DNA of 64,000 nt from Mytilus edulis (taxonomy: Eukaryota): contig NC_092348.1 in NCBI RefSeq assembly GCF_963676685.1, positions 84,010,001 through 84,074,000 of the forward strand, read 5' to 3'. The position numbers and the translations under genes were made by a program. The stretch's first letter is position 1, and every line of letters begins with the position of its first letter. The notes under the pieces are model-generated. The model was given only the letters and a program-made list of their open reading frames with translations, made no database searches and had not been told where the DNA came from. Shown here piece after piece: positions 50,001-62,000 of the stretch.

Positions 50001-53000
50001 ATGATGAGTTTATAGCACGTCATTTAGATGATATTCAAGACCAAAAGTAGACTTAATAGTAAAATTAATATTCAAAACACCAAATGAAAAATACTATAGA
50101 ACATTATTTAGAGGATAAACAACGTTAGTACCTAGAAAATATACTAAAGACCATCGTGTATTATTTGTGAAGTTGATACGAAATATATATAAAAAAGGTC
50201 TTTGTACCTTACTACGAAGGTTTTTAGGGCGGCATGTTCTTTGACATATCCCTGGATCATTAATTTTCTACTCAGACACTTGTGACATTTTACAAAGTCT
50301 GAGCAGTAGCTTAAAGCTGCTCTTGAATACCGAATAAGTTGGGAAATGTATATTCCATGTGAAGTTGGTATATTGCTCCTAAAAAAGGGACGAATGATAT
50401 CAAGGGGACAGTCAAACTCATAAATCTAAAACAAACTGACAACGCCATGGCTAAAAATGAAAAAGACAAACAAACAACAGCACACATGACACAACATAGA
50501 AAACTAAAGAATAAACAACACGAAAGTACGAAAAATCATAGATTCTGGTACTGGGACTTACGAGATGACTGTGTATGTCGAATTCGGGGTTTAAGTCTAA
50601 ACCTAATGTGGAGGAAGACCTGGCTGTTGTTTCCTTAATTTCGAATGCTGGGGAATGTTTTAAATGAACCCAATCCGAAAAGTGTGGGTTGTTAATGGAC
50701 AGAAAATCATCCATATATCTGAATGTGAAATTAAATGACATCTATTTTTTGGTCTTCTTGTTTTTAACAAGTATCTGAAGGAACTCCGACTCATATGAAA
50801 TAAGAAGAGATCTTTAATTGTATATGTTAGGTCGAACAGTATTTGTATGTTCTGTTGAAAAATTAACCTATGTCAAATGCATAAATTTATACCATTTTTA
50901 TACACACATATTTTTGTAGATGGAGGGGTTAAATACAGCAAAAGACCAAGGGAAATTCAAACTTATAAGGTAGAAATAAACTGACAACTTGATGGCTGAA
51001 AAAAAAACACCAGACAAACAGATATAAAACAGTACACAAAACACATTATAAAAACTAAAAACTGAGCAACACCGACGCCATACTAAAACTTTGGTGATCT
51101 CAGGTTATCAGAAATGATATTCAGACCATGCTCCACATGTGGCACCTGTCGTGCTGCTCATGTAAATCTGTAAGTACAAACCCAATAAAAAGTTCGCGAG
51201 GTCAAATTCGAGGTGAAGATTGTTTTAACGACAACATCATTGAAAAGTGTAGCACAGATATATACAGGATGTTATTTGGAATTTTAATAGGGTCATTATG
51301 ATTGTGCAAGTTCTAAACTAACAAATTTCCCAATCATTTTCTAAGAAATGTATGGTCGGCCAGGTAAACTTTAAAAAACGTAGTCCACAATTAATAAGGA
51401 TCATACATATGGCTCTATATAAAAAAAGAGAAAAAAAGCGAACATAGATATAATCTTTTTGAGAAATTCAAGTGATTGTTAATGCGCATGTAGGTGATGC
51501 ATTAAAAATGAACGATTATAACACTGTCGACATACCGGCTCAATCGTTGTGAAGTTCGTGCAATTCCCAAAGTTTTTTAACATTTATTTTGGTCTAATTA
51601 ACTGATTTATGCAATTTGATAAATCAGTAACTACTGTAACCTCAAATAGCGATTCGTGAAAATGCCAAATTTAGTTTTTATTGTATTTAGTCAAAACAAT
51701 AATTGTTGCACAACTTACCACTTTCGAGCTTCCTGTTCTGGTAACAACGTCAGACACTTTTAAGTTTGTACTTATATTTCCTTGTACACGACAACGTACC
51801 TGAAATAAAATTGAGAATGGAAATGGGGAATGTGCCAAAGAGAAAACAACCCGACCATAGAAAAAACACAACAGCAGAAGGTCACCAACAGGTCTTCAAT
51901 GTAGCGAGAAAATCCCGCACCCGGAGGTGTCCTTCAGCTGGCCCCTAAACAAATATATACTAGTTCAGTGATAATGAACGCCATACTAATTTCCAAATTG
52001 TACACAAGAAACTAAAATTAAAATAATACAAGACTAACAAAGGCCAGAGGCTCCTGACTTGGGACAGGCGCAAAAATGCGGCGGGGTTATACATGTTTGT
52101 GGGATCTCAACCCCCCCTATACCTCTAGCCAATGTAGAAAAGTAAACGCATAACAATACGCACATTAAAATTCAGTTCAAGAGAAGTCCGAGTCTGATGA
52201 AAACATATTATGATATAATCTGCAACTATAGGCTTCTTAAGTTTTTAGCAACAGTGTTCAAAATCATCTCACACTTGATTAAATCAAAACCAAGTTTGGT
52301 CTAAATAATTCCGTAGTATTTAAAAAAAACACATGGTAAAGTTTTTAATCGACATTATCCCAAATAAAGAGTCATTCAAAAGACTATTTCTGAAATCTAA
52401 TATTCCCGTAGATCTCAAGATTGAAACATTGTAAAGACAGATGTTTCTCAAACCACGCCTCTTTTAGGGAGATATTGAATATTCATAGATAATTGATTTT
52501 GTTAACATACTTGTTTCCAGTTATGATCTGTAGGTTGCATCTCATAGAGACATAACTTGGGAATGTTGCCAGTAAATATAGATGTGAATATTGTTTATAA
52601 CGAAATATGTGGTAGCTCTATAGTCGAGGTAGGTATAGTTAAGAAATTTAGTAATAGTTTAAACTCTTAGAAGTTCGTGGCATATAAACGTTGAAAATAT
52701 GCCGCACAGCCCTATATTTTGACCTTCCAAAACACTTCTAGTGCATATGAACCTTCTATTCTAGAATATGATTTTTAGTAAAGTATTCCAAGTAAGGGTG
52801 GTACAGATTTAGCTGTAAAAGGAGTTCCTAAGGGAAATCACATTGCCAATATTTACAGAAATGCAACCTTTAGGCCAATAAGTCCTTTAGAATTCTGATA
52901 ATATTTGAAAAGTGTATGAAATAAGTAGATCTTGACTTTCTTTGCACATTTGCCGTGACTGATTTTCTCTAAAACATATAATTGTAAAGATATATGACAA

Positions 53001-56000
53001 TCACTTACCCTTATGTAATAGATTTAGCCATGGCAGCAATGTTTGTTGACTGACCGGGAAAACACGAAGAAATTTACTAGATATTTGTTCAACACATTTT
53101 AAAAATATTTTTCAATTATATCAGAGGAAAACATTTTTGACAAAGTATACGGAAAACTGGAAACATAGTTAAGAAAAGTTGGTTCGGGCTATAAGTTCTT
53201 AAAATGTCATCCAATATGTATGGTCATGAAACTTTTTTGCAGATATTCTATATATCTAATGTAGTTTTTATAAATTCAGGGAAAACATGAACGTTAGCGC
53301 ATACGGTACAGTTACAGGGGACGTAATGACGTTGCTAACGTAAATTGTTATTTTCCTTACGTCAAACTGACATTTGGTTTGATTACGTATGAAGATTATG
53401 TATACCAATTTTCATAAAAAGGTCAATAGAGCATTTTTTTTTTATTTGATAAATAATATACAGGAAAAAATGACGCTTTTTTCCAACAATCCCGAACATT
53501 TAATAATTATGAGTTATTTGTAAAAATAAAATGTATAGAACATTTATATAAAACAGAAATTACAAACAATTCAACAAAAAACATCCAGTGTTTATCTTTC
53601 AAAACAAAAAGTTCTGTGTTCTTTCGGAAGGAAAAATACGATAACAAATCTAAATTTTGAGCAAATATCTGAAATTTCGACCTCATTTTACTCAAAAAGT
53701 AGCACATGAAGGTATATTTTTTATTACGTATTTGATTTAATCAGATGAAAAATAGCCTATATGCAAATTTTCATCAAAATGTCATCATGGAATCAAAACT
53801 GTATCGTATGCCCTAAAATCGTTACCAACAATAATTCATTAAGAAGTCGTCATTTAATTTTGTCGAAAACAGGAAGAAAGTAGCTTTGTTTTTATGAGCA
53901 TTCTGCACTTTTATTTTTATATAATATCTTTCAAGTAATAAAACAATAATGCATTTACCCCTATGTTATACTTTAAGCCATGTCAGCCCTATTTGTTGAC
54001 TGGTGGACAAAACAAAAGAATATATACTAGATATTCTAAGGATCATTCACCCTATATTTTTTTGTAGTTTTGTCGGTAGTTTCATAGGAGAAGATTAGGT
54101 TAAAACATTCAAGACAACAAAAATGAGGGCTACGATGTACGCCAAGTAGTATCCCCTTGTGGCCTTATATTATTTGAGCGAAAGGACGAACGAAGATATG
54201 TAAAAACAACATCACAATATGCCTCCGCTTTGATTAAGCAATGGTATTGGGTTAACGTATATATATTTTAAATAATCAAGTTCAAATAAAAAGTTCTCAT
54301 TTATCATCTATTGTTTCGTTACCTCTGTGAAAACTGTTTCCTTGTTACCAGTGGTTTCAGAATTTGATTTTTCAAAACTTCGGGACTGCTGAAACAAATC
54401 GAAAATATAAATGATTGTTTTCAGGAAACTAAATGTCTAATTCTCTCGATAATTGAAAAACATCAGTAAATTATTGCCAAGTATAAAGTCAAACAATGAT
54501 CACGATTCCTACCTATAACTATTACTTCACGTATGGACACATAATATTGTAACAATTACATATTTTTTGTCGTTTGTATCATTATTTTAGGACACATTTC
54601 TAACTTACTCTATACAATGCATATAGTTCATCCTGTATATTGATGCTTAGTTCAAGTATTTCTTTAACAACCAAGAAGCAGTGTTGGATAGTGGTACTTA
54701 GGATTATGATATATATTATACGAATACACGAGGGACAAACATTAGCCTGTCTAATCTAATAAAATCATACAATTTTTGGGGTTTTAAAATCATTTATTCG
54801 GTAACATAGTTTAAGAACATAAAGTACCAAGTCAAAACCATATTTTTTTTCAAGATTGAAAGGAAGGAAAAGGAACAGGGCATCATTTTTTTTATGGTCG
54901 GCCAATCCTGTGTCCTTCTTGGTAAATGAAAAAAATACATTCTTGGCTCCACGGGACAACAGTGTGGTTATGTTAAATCAGTGCTTATTTCACTTATTAT
55001 AAGTCTGTAAAGTTTAGGCATTGGTATGCAGGAACAGCTTCTGCTTGAAAAGTTTTCAGCCAATCAAATCAATTTACCTTTGACTGTATTTTCATTGAAT
55101 TTACCTTTTTATTGGACGACCTTCTTTCATCCTTTTTTCGCCTTTTGATGCCTTTTCTATGACCCTGAAAGGAAGATAGACATATCTGTGTTATATTATA
55201 AACGGTGTAGAATTCCCATTCATAAACAAATACCTCCCATGTATAATTGGATTTTATAAAGGAGAAAAAAAACCCAAAGAGGCCCAAGTGCGCCTGTATC
55301 ACTAACTTTATAAACTTGTTGGATTATATGTGAATTAAGAGGAAAATAGATCTTGACATTTTTGTCAGTTTATAAGCTTTTGTCAAATGAATTTTGGTTT
55401 TCAAGAAAGAAAGCAATTAATGCATTTCATCCTCAAGTTCTAATTTTAGTATCTTCAACTTTTTTATTTAAATGATCGCAAAAACAAGAGAGAAATTGAA
55501 GTGACAAAAGACATATTCGTAGCAGAAATTCAGAAACTAACAAATTTCATAATTAAAAAAGGGGATGTAACTCTTTGATTGTGAAATAGAAATTCACAAA
55601 AATTAACTTGATCTGTTAATTATTTTAATGAAAATGTGTAAATGTCTTGTAAATACTGGAAAACATATGTTTTAAGCTATCAACTACAAACCAAATAAGT
55701 GATCAATAGACTCACGAATCTCTAAAAACTCAAGACTCGTAACCTATAATTGTAATCGATTGTAATTGATTACATTTGTTCTAGTAATCGACAGTAATCT
55801 ATAATCGAAGACATTTTCGATTATATGTAATCGTAATTTAATCGATTACAGCAAAAATAAAGATGTTGTCATCGATTACATTTCGGTTACTTTAGTAAAA
55901 TAGTTTGAGGGAATTGTACCTATTTTGAAATGAAAATATGTAATTCTATAGTATAGATTATTATGTATGTATTCATCAGTTTGTAGTACTGATAAAATAG

Positions 56001-59000
56001 AATGTATTTATAAGATTTTAGAGTTTACCAACTGTCTTATTTCTATCTACTGTCTCAAGCTGTATTATGATCAATCAGATCACCTATAAAATTTAATTGT
56101 ATGTCAAGCTTTTGGCACAAATGGATGTGCTTATCAATAAATCAAGACCTTTTGTATTGAAATAAGAAAAAAAGATTTAAAATAAGAAATGTGCCTTGAA
56201 TTAAGTTTTATTACCACATAAGAGTAGTAAGCTTATTTATATCTAAATTTCTGAAAGCATAATTTTCAATAAAAGATAAATAGTTGATAATGTTTTGATA
56301 TATATTAAAGTTTAAAAAGTTCACAACATCCTTTTGACAATAAAAAACTAGAGGCTCTCAAGAGCCTGTATCGCTCACCTGATTCTACTTGAGTTTTTGA
56401 AATCATATAAAAAAATATAAAATTTGGCTAAAAGTAACAACACTTGGGCAGCACCTCATAACGAAAGGAACATTCATGGTATGTTTGATTTCATTCAATT
56501 CAGTGGTTCTTAAGAAGACTTTTGTATGCATTTCCCATAGGGTCCTATGTCAAACTAAGTCCCCCGCTGGCAGCCATCTTGGATGATGGATCGGCTACAA
56601 AGTAACAACACTTGGTCAACACCTTATAACGAACATTCATGCCATGTGTAGTTTCATTCCATTCAGTGGTTCTCTAAAAGAAGACATTTGTATATATTTC
56701 CAATAGGGTCCTATGTTAAACTAAGTCCCCCGCTGTCATCTCTCATTGAGTTATTAATGAATATGTTGATAGTCAAAACTGCAAGATTTTTTGAATATTT
56801 CGCATCCTCAGTAAGAGATTCCATCCAGAAAACAACTGTCAACTTAAATTAAATTTGGAAACAATGCTTCACTACACAATGTTGAGCAACATAATTTTAG
56901 CTGTTAAAAATTTGAAGCATGAAATTGACAGTAAAAAGTAAAAAGTAATCTAATAAATTTTGATAAAGTAATCGATTACAATCGATTAGATACAAAACAA
57001 TAGAATAATCGTTTATTGATCGATCACACGAAAATTCTTCATGAAATCGATTATAAATCGATTACATTTGCCAGTAATAGTCCTCATCCCTGACTCACAG
57101 TTGTATACTATAATGAATTTAAAAGTTGAATCTAAATTGCCATTTTCAAAACATATTCCAAGGACCGAAGTTTGGAATTGTTTAAATTAAAACGGCCAAA
57201 ATTGAATTTAACATTTAAGTCAATAGTAAAATTTCTCAGGAATAGAAAATATATTTCAATTAACTTTTCTTCAATGGCTTAACACATTCCATAAAATTTC
57301 TATTAATTCCAAAAAGTGGTTCACTATTCATCATGTGGGGGAAACGGGACTGACGAACGGACATTTTGTATTCCAAGCGGGATATAAAAACCACAAACTT
57401 TAGAAGCTAGATATGATTGGTAAAAAAAGAAGTTTCTTTAATTTGGATTTTCTTCTTTTTTTATTCGAGCGTCATTGATACATCTTTTGTAGACGAAACG
57501 CATAATTGGTGTTCAAAATGCAAGAACTTGCATAGATTTCAATACTAATAGTCGTATTTTCTCATTCCAATGTGTATGCTTTGTCAAAGACTCACACGAA
57601 TTAATTTATACAATTTATTAAAAGATCATTTATGCCAAATTTGTTTGAATCAATTCAATGGTTACTGATGGAAAACAACGACAAATGAAGCAAAAACACA
57701 AACGTGCACGAAAAAAAGACATATACCACGAGATTACAGTATCCCACCAGGTTCAAGCCAGCCAACATGTTTTAATTTAAAAACAAAATAGCTGAATAAA
57801 TCACTTGTAAGTGTTTTTCTTATTATTTCTGAAATAATTCAATTAAACTTACATGCTGTTTTGACCACTCATTATTCAATTTGTGTGTTGCTGTACAGGC
57901 CTCACAGAAATATTCTGTATTATGTTCTTCAATAAAGACATTTGAACCTTTTACAGAATCTAGATTTACCAAGCCACATTCCCACTTTCTCTCAAATGTT
58001 ACATTTGTCATTTTGTATCTTTTACTAATAATATTGGTTATCTCTGTCTCAACGAAATCAGTAATATGAGAGTATGAACCTCTTTTAATAATTGTACTCA
58101 TCATAAATTCCAGAATTTGAATCTGAATTAAATTTGGACTTTTTGTTATTAGTAATTTTTGTAATCTTGTCTTCTGTAGGTCAAAAATGGCAGTACCTCT
58201 GAAAAGGGCAATTTCGTTTTTTTTCTGTTTAGTTTTCGCAACTTTGGCAACTTCATATTCCCGGCACAGTGAAGCAATCAAATGATTTATTAGATGTGGT
58301 GGAAGAAAATTAAATTTCAAACAGAGCCACGTGGATTTCTTACAGGTGTCTTCTGTGACCTTAAACATCTTATATATGTCACACTCAGGTTTTTCTTTCA
58401 CCATACAAGGTACATAGTAGCAGGATATTTCTGTAGTAGCATCTTCTTCCGATGTAATTGGACGTATAATGATGTCAAATTTCTCCATAACTTTCAAAAT
58501 ATGGTCTTTATGTTTAGACAAAATACTTTGTTCGTTTTTAAATATATCTCCGAGCACCTCACTGTGTAAAACTCCTCTTTGGTTTAAGTCGTCCCACTTT
58601 TCCTTGTTTTTAAAGGTCTTTATTTTCAATTGAAATTTTTCTGCTGTAACAATACATTTAAAGGCATCAGATAACCACTGTGTGTCTAAAATGATATGAT
58701 TAGGAAGATCCTCAAAATATACCAAAGACCGGATTTCATGGTGATACTTCAAGAACAAAGTAAGTTCTGCTTCGCTTAAAGGCTTAGATGAATCAACAGA
58801 AAGATGTTTTATTTCCTGAATCGAAATGATTGGCAACTCTTTCTTTTTCTCTTGTAAGCGCTTTTCCAACTGAATGAACTTTAGCGGATAATCTTTATTC
58901 CATGTTTTAATTGTCCTTGCTAATTTTAGAATACTTTTTCGTATTTCATGGAATACATCGTTGTTATCTTTTGTGTTTGAAATGAATTGTGTATATTCAT

Positions 59001-62000
59001 CCCTTATGTGTCGGCATGCATCTGCTGAAACATTTCTAGCGTATGTATCCAGCCTTTTCATACATGCATTTTGAATCTACAAAAAATAAAAAATAAGTTC
59101 ATTTTTCATATGTCTTAACCAACAGGAGACACATCTGCTGTTATAAAAGGACAAGGTTCACTTATGGCACAACATGGCCTTGAATATTAACTTAATCGTA
59201 AAACACCAAAATAAGTCAGAATTTGGTTTGTAAATGAGTCTATCTCAAAAGTCCTATTGCTAAATACATCACTTCTTTTCATTAAAGTACAATTTTAGTA
59301 AAGTAAGCCCATTTTGGACATTTTTTTCAAAATATGATGGTTTTGTTCAATTTTCAGACCTAACAGCTTTAGAAACACCTCGGCCGCCACTTACGACCCA
59401 AAATGTGTTGTGACCAAAAGATTCCAATTTGAATACAGAATTTATCAATATAAAAACTTTTTGGATCATGGATGGCGGCCAAAGTTAATTATGCCAAAAA
59501 CAATTAAAATTATGGGAAAAAAGTACCAAAATTGACCCTAAAATACAAATGATGATTACTTAAGGGATCATAGCTTCAAAAATTGTGAAGGTAAGTGCCA
59601 GAAAATATATTTTTGTCTTAATAGTATTATCACAAGTATTTCTACGTGAAATTTGTAAGTTTTTGGCTGGATTTAAAAACATAAAAAATTTAGGGCCAAT
59701 TTCAACCCTTCGTGAACCTTCTCCTTTGCAACTCCCATGATTAACCTAGCCCTTATAGTTGTTAAGTAGCAACCAAACTGCAAAAACACTGCACAATGAA
59801 GATTTAAGGCGCAATCTGTTACGTCGATTGTTCAAAAGCAATGTTTATAAGCATATATATTTATTGTTACAAAACCTTCTATTTGAATTTCAATTTATTA
59901 CATTCAGTGGTTCTAAAATTGTTGCTCATCGAACAAGGACCATTTTTTAAATTTTTTTCTTGACATAACTTATTTAATTTCTGTATGCAGTCAATTATTG
60001 ACTATAACAATACAACCATCAATGCTCAAATAGTAACACGAGCATGTGTTTAGTGGACATTAAATTGCCCAAATGTCATGCAGTAGTTATGTATTATTCA
60101 TATTTTCACCACAAAAAAACAAAATTATATTTTCCGAATGATCAAGTACTATATAATTTGGAAGGATATACCAACATAAGTGCTTTAAAAAAAAGTGGAA
60201 AATGAGATTACTTACACCAGAGACCAAAGTACACTTACGTTAACAACTATAAGTCAACATACGGCCTTCAACAATGAACACAACTCAAACGGAAAAGTCA
60301 GCTATAAAATGTCCAAAAAGGACAAATGTTAACAATGAAAAAAAATTAACGGCCTGATTTTTGTGAAAAAAAAACAACAAACAACTAACGGAACACATAT
60401 GATATAGAGTAACAACAGACAACTACTGAATAACAGGCGCCTGAATTGTAGCAGGCACAAATAAAATGTGTCGCCGCACCTAGCATGGGATTGCACAACA
60501 TATGGACACACTATCAAAATCTGTTGAAAAGGGAATAACTTATCTGACCGATTCAAAGCAGAAATACAAATTACAAAAACACAGACCAGAAGAAGCAGGG
60601 TATTTATATATTCCACAATAAAATAGACACTAAGTTCAAATCTGAGAGAACTCGTAGATACTGACAGTCAATAACAAATTATACAAATTCATGTATCTAA
60701 GACTAAAACATCAATTAGTACACATCAAACAGCCGTGGATTCAGTGTAAAGATGTCATTCATAGATGGGGAAAACATGACCTTGTGTAATGCCAAAATAC
60801 AGTTGTAAAACTGAGAAAATCCATACGTATATGTATAACAAATATATATAAATCAATAATAGAAGTTTGTTTTTACTAACTTGTAACAAAATCATTAAAA
60901 TCCAAAACGTCACTACAGATACGGGCAAAACAAACGAGTAGTATTATGATTATAAAAAAAGGAAAATTAACAATAAGGAAAGAAAAGAACAGTCATTACC
61001 GTTTATACTTAATTTTCTTAAAGTACGTTTTTTTTGCATAAATTTCAGCAGCATATTTAGAAAATTATCGATTAGGCGAAATCAAGAAAATAGGACAAAA
61101 TTTATCATTTGAAGACAAGATGATTATTTGTGGAAAAATAGGATATAGGTAGATATCTACATTATGATCATTTTTGCATACCCTCCCTCGTTAGCAATTC
61201 TCTTCCTATTTTGATTTTTTAAAGTGTAAGACAATTATTGCATTTTACTCTTATGCCGGCAATGTTTCTGTTTCGTTTCGGATAAAAAGAATAATAATAT
61301 AAAAATATATAAGATACGTCAATGATTATTCAGCCTAATTGTGGTTGCGATTAAGTTTAAGAGAAAACCAAATTTGAAAACGTTAACGACGACGGACAAC
61401 GACTGACGCAAGGGTTCTATTTTTCAAAAAATATCTATGTTCTAAATACATGTGGCTCATAATCCATCATTTTGTTGAAGAACATCGACTAAAAGTATGT
61501 CAAATATTTTAATATGATGTTATCAAAACTTATGTTTATTTTTTTACTAGAGAGTCAAGTTTTTAACATCATATTTATATACTAATACTGAAGCAAATAA
61601 TAAATGGAAAGGATTACAATTTTGATCTGAGCGTCACTGATGAGTCTTATGTAGACGAAACGCGCGTCTGGCGTATAAAATTATAATCCTGGTACTTTTG
61701 ATAACTATTTACACATATTTCTTTTTATTTGTAAGTTCCACGATCATTTGTCTTTATCATCTTTATCTAATCTTCTAGAACAACTGAATGTCAATCTATA
61801 AAGGTTATTCAATGTAAAATCAATACCTCTTCTCCCTCGGATATTTTAACTTCATCCTTCCATGTACCAACTAGAATGACTGGTGGACAAAGGGGTTGGT
61901 TTGTACTATGATTGCTTGAATTACGTTTTTCCTGTGTACAGTAACAATGTATCGAGTCCATCCATAATCCAAACATTTCTAAAAGATATATCAAAACCAC

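Noticed and set aside
38752-50012. CRISPR array or simple satellite interpretation of the tandem repeats
   Set aside because: The repeats are about 350-365 nt whole-unit duplications without unique spacers, there are no cas genes, and the context is eukaryotic; hammerhead motifs explain them.
50451-50815. Functional RT (retron or diversity-generating retroelement acting on the cadherin repeats)
   Set aside because: Only a short, stop-containing Penelope-like fragment; cassette differences are not adenine-specific and there is no template/variable repeat pair.
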